This document shows, piece after piece, positions 1-12,202 of a stretch of DNA of 64,000 bases. Both the position numbers and the translations under genes were made by a program. How positions within the stretch are numbered: the first letter of the stretch is position 1; every line of letters begins with the position of its first letter. The notes below the pieces were generated by a model. The model ran no database searches. It was given only the letters and a program-made list of their open reading frames with translations, and was not told where the DNA came from. The stretch spans positions 17,422,001-17,486,000 of the forward strand of contig OZ024761.1 in NCBI GenBank assembly GCA_964016885.1, given 5' to 3'. Source of the DNA: Eledone cirrhosa (Eukaryota).

Positions 1-50
<50 letters not shown>

Positions 51-642
51 CGAAGGAAATGTGGTAAGGAACCAGATGGACCATAACGCACCAAAGTACT
101 CAATACTTAGGGTAGTAGAGTGGGTAATAGGAACAAGTATGACCCCGACGGCAAAGCTCAAGCCGTTTTGACGGCTAATTCAGAATTAGCCATTGAAACA
201 GCTTGTGCTCAGCCGTCGGGGTCCTACTTGTTCCTATATATATACACACACACACACTGTATACACTTGAATATAATCCAAGGTGTATGGGACAAAAAAA
301 TCGATGGAAAAATGGGAGGTTGGTTTATATACACCAGTTGATTAGCTGCTTTGGTTTATAAACAAGGTTTGGTTTTTCGCCTATTTCTCAGACATAGAAT
401 AAGGAGGTTGGCTTATATTCAAGTATATTTGGTGTTATATATATATATAACTTTGAGTATGTGTATATATACATATTTATATATATATATATATGTAGAT
501 AAATCTACCAAAATATACAGTAGTGTCCAATCCGTATGAATACACACACACACACATATATATATGTGTGTGTGTGTGTGTATATATATATCTATTAAAG
601 GTAGAACTATACAAACAATTCTCAAAAAAAAGTAGAGAATTA

Positions 643-682
<40 letters not shown>

Positions 683-1044
683 ATAAAATGGTGTGTGCCC
701 AACAATGTGCAAGTATTAAAATTTGCAAACCAGTCAAACCCATGACAGTGGTCGGGTGTGGTTAAAAGAAATTTACTCACTTTGAAAACTATATAGAATA
801 ACTGCATTTGTTTCGTAGGCATTTTTTCTTCTTCATCTTTTTTTTTTTCTTTGTTGGATCCAAGGATATTATAAGTGGACCCAAGTAATTTAAAACAATG
901 GCATTTACTATATAGCTCTCTAATTAATCCTTTAATTAATTTTAACTGTGTAATTAATTCTATTCCAAATTGTGGCTTACAACAACACTAGCTGCTTAGA
1001 TGTTGTTGGATCTTTGTTAGATCTGATGGCGACTGTTCCCCCTT

Positions 1045-1440
1045 CTTCAAATAATGGAATGGTCTGAAGAGTTTTACCCCTTGTTGTTTAAATAATGGAA
1101 TGGTTGAAAGAGACCCCCCCCCCTGTTTAAATAATGGAACAACCTGAAAAGTTTTCCCTGTTATTTAAATAATGGAACGGCCTGAAGGGTTTTTCCCCCT
1201 CGTTGTTTAAATAATGGAACAGCCTGTTCATAAAATTTAACAGTGTTCCCACTTGTTCAAATAATGGAACAGCCTGAAAAATTCCCCCTCCCCCATTGTT
1301 TAAATAATGGAACGGCCTAAAGAGATTTCCCTGTTCTTCAAATAATGGAACGGTCTAAAGAGTTTTCCCTCGTTATTTAAATAATGGCACGGCCTGAAGA
1401 ATTTTCCCTGTTTAAATAATGGAACAGCCTGCTCATAAAA
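1045..1440. repeat. Degenerate minisatellite, about 40 bp
   Basis: TTTAAATAATGGAAC(A/G)GCCTGAA recurring about 10 times. Confidence 0.85.
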
Positions 1441-1861
1441 TTTACGTGCAAGTGGCTGAGCATTCCACAGACATGTGTACTCTTTAACGTAATCCTCGGG
1501 GTCGGAGAGTTGATGGTTGTAGTGGGGGTTGGGGGGAGAGATTCAGCAAGAAACAGTGTTGGTGGGGACAAAGTTGCCTCCCACCACTTGCTCCATCTCA
1601 CCTGCCACCACCCCCTCTTTTGATTTACAGGTACAACAACTCAGCTGAGTGAACTGAAGCAATGTGAAATAAAAGTGTCTTCTTGCTCAACGCGCTGCCA
1701 GGGTATCGAACTCGCAGCCTTACAACTGTGAACCAAACACCCTAACCACTAAGCCATACCACCTTTACCCCGTTGTTTAGTTGTTGGGTCATCGAAGAAT
1801 CTGGAAGAAAAGTTTCTGATTTAATGTTTTTTTTAAACCCCCACTTTCCTCCAAAAACAAA

Positions 1862-2215
1862 ACTCTCGGGTCCCAAATAATAGGGGGTAGGGTGGGGGTG
1901 GAATAAGCGGGGTGTCTGGACATTTGTTTAAATTCTTATAAGCAGAGGGGTTGGGAAATTGGTAATTGTATAGTGTACGTTTGTGAATATGGGATTTCTT
2001 ATGTTCTTTTTTTGTCATATATAATGTTTTCTAATGTAAAATGAAATAATTATTAGATCCTCCAGTTGCTGGATCAATATGAATCACTTACAATAACATT
2101 TTGCTGGAGATAGATTAGCAAAATAAAATTGAATAAGCAGGGATTGGGGGTAGGGGGAATTGGAAAAGTTAATAAGCGGGGCGCGGGAGGGGGGTGTTAT
2201 ACAAGACCTGAGAGT
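1862..2215. mobile_element. Probable DNA-transposon MITE
   Basis: Imperfect TIR ACTCTCGGGTC / GACCTGAGAGT with internal AATAAGCGGG repeats. Confidence 0.45.
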
Positions 2216-2475
2216 ACCCATCATTTGGTGGCAATGGGTTTGTTATTTCTTTACTTATTTTTGTCAAGCTTTGTAGAACTGTGTGGCCTCTAACGAACTG
2301 AGTTTAATTTATTGTCTTATCACCACCACCATCACCATTATCGTCATTGCCATTATCATCATCATCATCATCTTCAATGTGAATCTCTGAAAAAGACAGA
2401 ATGCTCACCGAAAAACAAAAACATAAAAAAAAGGAAGAAAGAAGAAAGAAAAAGATTTTGTGTATGACAGCAGCA

Positions 2476-5027
2476 GCAGTCGAATCTCCCTTAAGTTAAA
2501 GTCTCTACTGTGTTAAATGGAAGGACAGGACAGGACACAAACCTGAAATAGCAGTCGAATCTCCCTTAAGTTAAAGTCTCTACTGTGTTAAATGGAAGGA
2601 CAGGACAGGACACAAACCTGAAATAGCAGTCGAATCTCCCTTAAGTTAAAGTCTCTACTGTGTTAAATGGAAGGACAGGACAGGACACAAACCTGAAATA
2701 GCAGTCGAATCTCCCTCAAGTTAAAGTCTCTACTGTGTTAAATGGAAGGACAGGACAGGACAGGACACAAACCTGAAATAGCAGTCGAATCTCCCTCAAG
2801 TTAAAGTCTCTACTGTGTTAAATGGAAGGACAGGACAGGACAGGACAGGACTCAAACCTGAAATAGCAGTCGAATCTCCCTCAAGTTAAAGTCTCTACTG
2901 TGTTAAATGGAAGGACAGGACAGGACAGGACACAAACCTGAAATAGCAGTCGAATCTCCCTCAAGTTAAAGTCTCTACTGTGTTAAATGGAAGGACAGGA
3001 CAGGACAGGACTCAAACCTGAAATAGCAGTCGAATCTCCCTCAAGTTAAAGTCTCTACTGTGTTAAATGGAAGGACAGGACAGGACAGGACACAAACCTG
3101 AAATAGCAGTCGAATCTCCCTCAAGTTAAAGTCTCTACTGTGTTAAATGGAAGGACAGGACAGGACAGGACACAAACCTGAAATAGCAGTCGAATCTCCC
3201 TCAAGTTAAAGTCTCTACTGTGTTAAATGGAAGGACAGGACAGGACACAAACCTGAAATAGCAGTCGAATCTCCCTCAAGTTAAAGTCTCTACTGTGTTA
3301 AATGGAAGGACAGGACAGGACACAAACCTGAAATAGCAGTCGAATCTCCCTCAAGTTAAAGTCTCTACTGTGTTAAATGGAAGGACAGGACAGGACAGGA
3401 CACAAACCTGAAATAGCAGTCGAATCTCCCTCAAGTTAAAATCTCTACTGTGTTAAATGGAAGGACAGGACAGGACAGGACTCAAACCTGAAATAGCAGT
3501 CGAATCTCCCTCAAGTTAAAGTCTCTACTGTGTTAAATGGAAGGACAGGACAGGACTCAAACCTGAAATAGCAGTCGAATCTCCCTCAAGTTAAAATCTC
3601 TACTGTGTTAAATGGAAGGACAGGACAGGACAGGACACAAACCTGAAATAGCAGTCGAATCTCCCTCAAGTTAAAGTCTCTACTGTGTTAAATGGAAGGA
3701 CAGGACAGGACAGGACTCAAACCTGAAATAGCAGTCGAATCTCCCTCAAGTTAAAATCTCTACTGTGTTAAATGGAAGGACAGGACAGGACAGGACACAA
3801 ACCTGAAATAGCAGTCGAATCTCCCTCAAGTTAAAATCTCTACTGTGTTAAATGGAAGGACAGGACAGGACAGGACTCAAACCTGAAATAGCAGTCGAAT
3901 CTCCCTCAAGTTAAAGTCTCTACTGTGTTAAATGGAAGGACAGGACAGGACTCAAACCTGAAATAGCAGTCGAATCTCCCTCAAGTTAAAGTCTCTACTG
4001 TGTTAAATGGAAGGACAGGACAGGACTCAAACCTGAAATAGCAGTCGAATCTCCCTCAAGTTAAAATCTCTACTGTGTTAAATGGAAGGACAGGACAGGA
4101 CAGGACTCAAACCTGAAATAGCAGTCGAATCTCCCTCAAGTTAAAGTCTCTACTGTGTTAAATGGGAGGACAGGACAGGACTCAAACCTGAAATAGCAGT
4201 CGAATCTCCCTCAAGTTAAAGTCTCTACTGTGTTAAATGGAAGGACAGGACAGGACTCAAACCTGAAATAGCAGTCGAATCTCCCTCAAGTTAAAATCTC
4301 TACTGTGTTAAATGGAAGGACAGGACAGGACAGGACTCAAACCTGAAATAGCAGTCGAATCTCCCTCAAGTTAAAGTCTCTACTGTGTTAAATGGAAGGA
4401 CAGGACAGGACTCAAACCTGAAATAGCAGTCGAATCTCCCTCAAGTTAAAATCTCTACTGTGTTAAATGGAAGGACAGGACAGGACAGGACACAAACCTG
4501 AAATAGCAGTCGAATCTCCCTCAAGTTAAAGTCTCTACTGTGTTAAATGGAAGGACAGGACAGGACTCAAACCTGAAATAGCAGTCGAATCTCCCTCAAG
4601 TTAAAATCTCTACTGTGTTAAATGGAAGGACAGGACAGGACAGGACACAAACCTGAAATAGCAGTCGAATCTCCCTCAAGTTAAAGTCTCTACTGTGTTA
4701 AATGGAAGGACAGGACAGGTCACAAACCTGAAATAGCAGTCGAATCTCCCTCAAGTTAAAGTCTCTACTGTGTTAAATGGAAGGACAGGACAGGACAGGA
4801 CACAAACCTGAAATAGCAGTCGAATCTCCCTCAAGTTAAAGTCTCTACTGTGTTAAATGGAAGGACAGGACAGGACAGGACTCAAACCTGAAATAGCAGT
4901 CGAATCTCCCTCAAGTTAAAATCTCTACTGTGTTAAATGGAAGGACAGGACAGGACACAAACCTGAAATAGCAGTCGAATCTCCCTTAAGTTAAAGTCTC
5001 TACTGTGTTAAATGAAAGGACATGACA
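2476..5027. repeat. Satellite, about 33 units of 75/80/85 bp with variable (GGACA)n
   Basis: Unit GCAGTCGAATCTCCCTCAAGTTAAAGTCTCTACTGTGTTAAATGGAA(GGACA)nCAAACCTGAAATA. Confidence 0.97.
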
Positions 5028-5681
5028 GTTGATATTGTAGAGTCTTTGATATCCACTAAGAAGTTACGGTGGTGGTCAAGGCTGGAATATATATATATAT
5101 ATATAATTAAAATACCTTTTAATTGTAAAGTCTCCTTGATCAGGGTTGACCTAGGACTAAACAACAACTAAAGCAACTAATACAACAACTAATACAACCC
5201 CCCTTACACATGTGCCATCATATGACTTGCTTTGTTATTATGGTGCAATGGTGGATTAGCATTAATCGGCAGAGCAGAGGATCGGACAACATACTTTGTG
5301 GCATATAGTTATAGCCATTTACTCTCCAAGTTCAAATCCCGCCAATGTTAGCTTTACCTTTCATCCTTACGGGGGTCCATAAAATAAAGTACCAGTAACA
5401 CACTGGGGCTGATTTAATTGACTTACTGGCCTTCTGCCTAAAGTAAAAACCATTATTATTATTGTTGTTGTTGTTGTTGTTGTTATTAATGCTGTAACTG
5501 TTATACAAGAAAAATGTGCTACCTCGTTAGGATCTGATGTTGTTGCTGTTATCTCTAGCATCTTCTCCTCATCTTAGAGGGTGGGGTGTGGGGTTAACAG
5601 CACCTCTGAGCCGTTCAAACCATAACTACTTGTAAGGGGCCCAAAACAGGTCCGTTTGTGGTCGCTGCCACCTCACTTCCC

Positions 5682-5726
<45 letters not shown>

Positions 5727-5951
5727 TCATTTTACGTCCTAACACCAACCACATTTAGTGTGTACTGGGTGTTTTTTATCGTAGCATCAAAGTGACCACT
5801 TTACTGTCGGGACTTGGCATTTTATGTCATGTCACCAACACAACCACTTTACAGTATGGACTGGGCACTTTTTATTGTGGCACCAAAGTGACCACATCTA
5901 CAGCATGGCCTGCATGTTCTTTTATTGTTACCAGCATGACCACCTTACAGG

Positions 5952-6111
5952 CAGGGCCGTCTTAACGCATAGGCACGCTGGGCAGTTGCCCGTGGGCCCC
6001 CACGAGGATAGGGGGCCCATTTGTATTTTTATTCCTGTGAGTGGTTGTGTAGATAAGGGCCCCAGTGCTCTGCTTTGCCCGGGGGCCTATAATGCTTTTA
6101 AGACGGCCCTG
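5952..6111. mobile_element. hAT-like MITE, 160 bp
   Basis: TIR CAGGGCCGTCTTAA / TTAAGACGGCCCTG; 8-bp TSD not preserved. Confidence 0.65.
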
Positions 6112-6525
6112 CTGGGTGGGTCAGTATATAAGTATACATACAATACACTCCTTATCGCTGTCAGAAATCCTTGTGATCCTCACTTCTGCTATCGTTATTA
6201 ATTAAGAGATTATGATCCCTAATTAAGGACTTATGATCCTTCACCCCCCCCCCCCCCCCCCCTGCATCGATGTTAGTGTTAGGGGCCCTTATATTGGCTC
6301 TCTTCCTATTGCTGTCAGATTGGTTAGTGGCAGGGGAAGCGGCTTATACCCCCCCTCACTCCTATCACTGTTATTTAGGGGCTGACTCCCACCAACCAGT
6401 CAATTAGGGACTCGTGACCCCACCCACTCCTACCCTATCACTGTCAATGTTAGGGGCCTCATATTGATAGAAGAAGCAGTCTTCAAAAAATAAAACTGTA
6501 TTTAACATTTTAATATTTCAGTTAC

Positions 6526-6562
<37 letters not shown>

Positions 6563-6599
6563 CATATATACATACATATATATATATATATATACATAT

Positions 6600-6672
<73 letters not shown>

Positions 6673-6685
6673 TACATACATATAC

Positions 6686-6718
<33 letters not shown>

Positions 6719-6725
6719 TACATAT

Positions 6726-6774
<49 letters not shown>

Positions 6775-7080
6775 CACACACACAAACACACACACATATG
6801 AGTAGATACAGTAATTCACTTTCCTTCAAATTACACTCAAGAAGACATTGTGTGACGACTGAAACGTTTGCATTCTTTTTTCTGTGAAAAGTTGTTTTCC
6901 TGGGGTTTATTTATTTTAACAAAAAAAAAAGCTGATGTAATTAATATGAATTGTAATAATTGATTAAATTAAATTTTTTGTTTTGTTTTAACAAACGGTT
7001 TTGTTTCATGTCTTGATTGTTGTCTATATATATCTTTACATGGCTATTTCATCAAGAGAAGTTGTGTAAGTACCTCTTTA

Positions 7081-7135
<55 letters not shown>

Positions 7136-7138
<3 letters not shown>

Positions 7139-7945
7139 AAAGTTCTATTTAAAATTGTTGGGGTACAACAAGCAAATATTTTTATAACTGATATAAAGCA
7201 CTCGACAAGTATTTGGAGTAGATATACGATATTAATAAATGGAAACTATATTTATAAAACCATATTTATTTCATTATACATATTTCAGGGATACCAAATT
7301 AAAACATGGTATGCCTTCATCAGACAAAATACAATATATAACAGTTTTACAAATAAGCTTTGACGTACCCTATTAAAATACAACCATTATTTTTGGAAGC
7401 CATCTGGAAGCCACCTGGAAGCCATCTGGCTTCCAAAAATAATGGTTGCATTTTAAAAGGGTACGTCAAAGCTTATTTGTAAAACTGTTATATATTGTAT
7501 TTTGTCTGATGAAGGCATACCATGTTTTAATTTGGTATCCCTGAAATATGTATAATGAAATAAATATGGTTTTATAAATATAGTTTCCATTTATTAATAT
7601 CGTATATATATATATATATATACGATATATTAACAAATGGAAACTATATTTATAAAACCATATTTATTTCATTATACATATTTCAAATGGTCGCATTCTT
7701 TAAGGGTATGTCAATATTTATTTATAAAACTGATCTATATTATATTTTATCTGATGAAAGCACACCATAATTTAACTTGGTGTCCTTGAAATATGTATCA
7801 TGAAATAAATATGGTTTTATAAATATAGTTTCCATTTGTTAATATTTCGTATTTTTACTCCAATAATTTGTTGGGTGCTTTATATCAGTTATAAAAATAT
7901 TTTTGCTTGTTGTATCCCAACAATTTAAATAGAACTTCTACATTT
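7136..7945. mobile_element. Penelope-like terminal-repeat fragments in inverted arrangement with 3 hammerhead motifs
   Basis: Palindrome about 7225-7610; CTGATGA at 7317-7323(-), 7506(+), 7751(+), each followed by stem II, GAAA-TATGTA-TH and stem I; same family again at 53490-53740. Confidence 0.7.
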
Positions 7946-8005
7946 ATATATATATATATTTATTATAAAAAAATAAACCAAAGAAGCCTTCAATACATCA
8001 AAAGT

Positions 8006-8059
8006 CTTTATTAGCCAACAATGTTTCGTCCTATTAAGGACTCATCAGGGCAAGTAAAG
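8006..8059 (-). ncRNA. Minimal hammerhead ribozyme motif
   Basis: GCC-CTGATGA-GTCCT(TAAT)AGGAC-GAAA-CATTG-TT-GGC; canonical G10.1-C11.1 pair. Confidence 0.75.
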
Positions 8060-9041
8060 CTACAAGAAGCACTATCGGCCAATACATATATTTATAAATG
8101 TATATGTATATCGATCGACCTTACACACATGCACCTCTCTAAGACAATGCCACTGGACCGAGATCTTTGGCGCCACGGAGTAATACAGAAGACCTGCCCT
8201 CCCTATTTACAAAGCGGAACCTACAGTCAGTAGGCCCTTCTTAACCAAATATACACCCCAATCCACTACCCCTACCCTATCGTCCCACTCCCACCAACAC
8301 CACCCTCTCTCTATAAAGTTGGTACCACAACATCCAGTCCAAATTAATGAGATAATGAGATCGAGATCGAGATCATGTAGGTGTCACGAAAAAACACACA
8401 CAGTCCACGCTGTCATGTGGCCGTGTAGGTAACACGGTAAAAGGTTCCCAGTCCACACTGTAAATCTGGTTGGTGTTAGGAAGAGCATCCAGCCGTAGAA
8501 AACCTGCCAGATAGTCCTATACGAGCGAGACACGGTCACCCGACCAACCTTGCCTCAAGTGGGACAACTGCCATCTAACTCCTGTCCAACCCATGCTAGC
8601 GTGGAAGATAGACATTAAACGATGATGATGATGATGATATATATATATATATAAATATATATAAATATAAATTCATATTTATATATATCTCTCTCATAGG
8701 GTGTGGTAAAAACCAGGTAGACCCTAACCCACCAGAGTTCTCGGATCTGAAACGGCTGGAGCTCAGCCATCGGGGTCCTGAATCTTTTCATCATCATCAT
8801 CATTTATAATAAATGAATATATATATATATATGTATATATATATTTATATTAATAGTAATGTACTGGGTATTTGCTGGCCTTGTGCCAAATGTAGAAACA
8901 ATTAAGATTATATATATATATTTATATTAATATATATATATATAAATATATATTTATAAATATATATATATATATATATTTATAAATATATATTTATATA
9001 TATATATATATTAATATAAATATATATATATTTATATTAAT

Positions 9042-9078
<37 letters not shown>

Positions 9079-9097
9079 TATAAAATTATATTAATAA

Positions 9098-9140
<43 letters not shown>

Positions 9141-9240
9141 AATATAGACATAGAATATTCGAAAATATTCAGTATGTTTATAATAAACATTTTGAAGACC
9201 TAATCGCTATAGAATAGAATACGTCACGTATTACAATTAG

Positions 9241-9329
9241 ATTCTCGATAAAAGCAAGGGAAGTAATCTACGCGTTTCATTCTTGTTAGAAATCATCAGG
9301 ACTACATATCCAGTGCTTTTATCGAGAAT
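9241..9329 (-). ncRNA. Hammerhead ribozyme in the inverted copy (9130-9416) of the 310-bp unit
   Basis: Reverse complement of 9506-9594. Confidence 0.8.
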
Positions 9330-9414
9330 GACACAGCTAGAGACTTATAGAATACTTAGCTGTGTACAGGAACTGGTTTGAAAGAGCGGTTGCCGGTCCG
9401 GCAGAAATTAGAAA

Positions 9415-10976
9415 TTCCAATTTCTAATTTCTGCCGGACCGGCAACCGCTCTTTCAAACCAGTTCCTGTACACAGCTAAGTATTCTATAAGTCTCTAGCT
9501 GTGTCATTCTCGATAAAAGCACTGGATATGTAGTCCTGATGATTTCTAACAAGAATGAAACGCGTAGATTACTTCCCTTGCTTTTATCGAGAATCTAATT
9601 GTAATACGTGACGTATTCTATTCTATAGCGATTAGGTCTTCAAAATGTTTATTATAAACATACTGAATATTTTCGAATATTCTATGTCTATATTCACATA
9701 TATATCGCTATTTCAGAGCATTTATTCCAATTTCTAATTTCTGCCGGACCGGCAACCGCTCTTTCAAACCAGTTCCTGTACACAGCTAAGTATTCTATAA
9801 GTCTCTAGCTGTGTCATTCTCGATAAAAGCACTGGATATGTAGTCCTGATGATTTCTAACAAGAATGAAACGCGTAGATTACTTCCCTTGCTTTTATCGA
9901 GAATCTAATTGTAATACGTGACGTATTCTATTCTATAGCGATTAGGTCTTCAAAATGTTTATTATAAACATACTGAATATTTTCGAATATTCTATGTCTA
10001 TATTCACATATATATCGCTATTTCAGAGCATTTATTCCAATTTCTAATTTCTGCCGGACCGGCAACCGCTCTTTCAAACCAGTTCCTGTACACAGCTAAG
10101 TATTCTATAAGTCTCTAGCTGTGTCATTCTCGATAAAAGCACTGGATATGTAGTCCTGATGATTTCTAACAAGAATGAAACGCGTAGATTACTTCCCTTG
10201 CTTTTATCGAGAATCTAATTGTAATACGTGACGTATTCTATTCTATAGCGATTAGGTCTTCAAAATGTTTATTATAAACATACTGAATATTTTCGAATAT
10301 TCTATGTCTATATTCACATATATATCGCTATTTCAGAGCATTTATTCCAATTTCTAATTTCTGCCGGACCGGCAACCGCTCTTTCAAACCAGTTCCTGTA
10401 CACAGCTAAGTATTCTATAAGTCTCTAGCTGTGTCATTCTCGATAAAAGCACTGGATATGTAGTCCTGATGATTTCTAACAAGAATGAAACGCGTAGATT
10501 ACTTCCCTTGCTTTTATCGAGAATCTAATTGTAATACGTGACGTATTCTATTCTATAGCGATTAGGTCTTCAAAATGTTTATTATAAACATACTGAATAT
10601 TTTCGAATATTCTATGTCTATATTCACATATATATCGCTATTTCAGAGCATTTATTCCAATTTCTAATTTCTGCCGGACCGGCAACCGCTCTTTCAAACC
10701 AGTTCCTGTACACAGCTAAGTATTCTATAAGTCTCTAGCTGTGTCATTCTCGATAAAAGCACTGGATATGTAGTCCTGATGATTTCTAACAAGAATGAAA
10801 CGCGTAGATTACTTCCCTTGCTTTTATCGAGAATCTAATTGTAATACGTGACGTATTCTATTCTATAGCGATTAGGTCTTCAAAATGTTTATTATAAACA
10901 TACTGAATATTTTCGAATATTCTATGTCTATATTCACATATATATCGCTATTTCAGAGCATTTATTCCAATTTCTA
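9415..10976 (+). mobile_element. Tandem array of 5 x 310-bp units, each with a hammerhead ribozyme (non-LTR retrozyme / Penelope pLTR-like)
   Basis: Period 310 (TTTATTCCAATTTCTA at 9721, 10031, 10341, 10651, 10961); no differences seen between units; flanked by (TA)n. Confidence 0.85.
9506..9594 (+). ncRNA. Type I hammerhead ribozyme (repeated at +310, +620, +930, +1240)
   Basis: Stem I GTAGTC/GATTAC extended by a 16-bp helix ATTCTCGATAAAAGCA/TGCTTTTATCGAGAAT; CTGATGA at 9536; stem II TTCT/AGAA; GAAA at 9557; palindromic stem III ACGCGT; GUA triplet, predicted cleavage after 9566. Confidence 0.85.
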
Positions 10977-11429
10977 TATATATATATTTATTGATATATG
11001 TTTGTATGTATATATATATATATTTATTGATATATATGTTTGTATGTATATATATATGTCAATTTCATAACCTTTCACTCTCTCTCACTATATGTGTATA
11101 TATATATATATATACACATATAGTGAGAGAGAGTGAAAGGTTATGAAATTGACATTCACATAATAAGGTAATCAATTTCATCTAATTGATATCAAAGCGA
11201 CATCAATTCCTCGTCGTTTTTCAAACCACGTTTGCGTCTAAATTTTGCTCTAAGTAAAACACGATTTGTCTCCCTTTGGAAAAACATGATACGCCTGAAC
11301 AGTGAGCGAGTCTTGTTTGTTACTCAGGAGTTTCGCCTGTTTATCATAGAGTTATCCACATAAAAAAGTACTCTTTTCTCTCAGCCACATACATATGGCT
11401 GCAAACTCACGCTATAATAAATAGGGTTG

Positions 11430-11905
11430 TAACCGCTTGTCAGATCAGATGTGTGACGCTGATATGGCTTTTCAAACCTGATAGAGGCTTGCACTCTTTC
11501 GCACATTGACGACAACTATGGATCTCCCTTGCCTCAGTTGCCTGTGAACCTTCACATGCCGTTGAGATTATATATAGTTCACTGGTTCTCTCTGAATATG
11601 GCTACGACTATGGTTCCTGAGACCAGAAGCAAATCTTTCCACACTCAGGGTTCACCAATTCAATGGAGATAGCGATCGTTTCAAGAGATACACCAGGTCA
11701 TTGCTTACGTACATCCCGTTTGATCTTCTCGTGCTCTATGCGTCTGTCCACAAAATTATGGACCCCATCATTCACCATTCCAGGTCAAGTTTCTCTTTCA
11801 AGAACGTCTATCTCTCAGTCAGCTACCATCAAACCAGTTTTTTTCAATGACTCCTTTACACAATCTTTGGAATTGCAGCTTTGACCCGTGAGGTAGTCTC
11901 TTACC
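11430..11905 (-). mobile_element. Decayed RTE/BovB-type LINE C-terminal fragment
   Basis: Minus translation KDCVKESLKKTG...EHEKIKRDVRK and terminal zinc finger CRQCAKECKPLSGLKSH, with in-frame stops. Confidence 0.6.
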
Positions 11906-12129
11906 TTTACAAATATATATATAGTAATAATAATTATGACGACTAAAATCCGAAGAGGCCTCGATAAGGATTATAGAAGATCCCGTAAAAAGGTGAAAGC
12001 AGCGATCTTTTGCTTAAACTTTAATCTGTACAAATAATCAATATATATATAAATATGAACTTATAAATAAATATATATTCAAAAATATATTGTAAGATGA
12101 AAAAAAAGACACCTTCGAAATTTACCAAG

Positions 12130-12202
12130 AGGTTCCAGCGAGTTTCGAACTCGCGACCTTCTGCGTGTGAAGCAGACGTGATAACCACTACACCATGGAA
12201 CC
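12130..12202 (-). tRNA. tRNA-Val (anticodon CAC)
   Basis: Acceptor GGTTCCA/TGGAACC; anticodon arm TCTGC-TTCACAC-GCAGA; T arm GCGAG-TTCGAAA-CTCGC; A/B boxes present; poly-T Pol III terminator at about 12107-12100. Confidence 0.95.

Noticed and set aside
2476-5027. CRISPR-like array
   Set aside because: Eukaryotic context, no unique spacers, no cas genes; plain satellite (same for 52634-53153 and 61772-63815)
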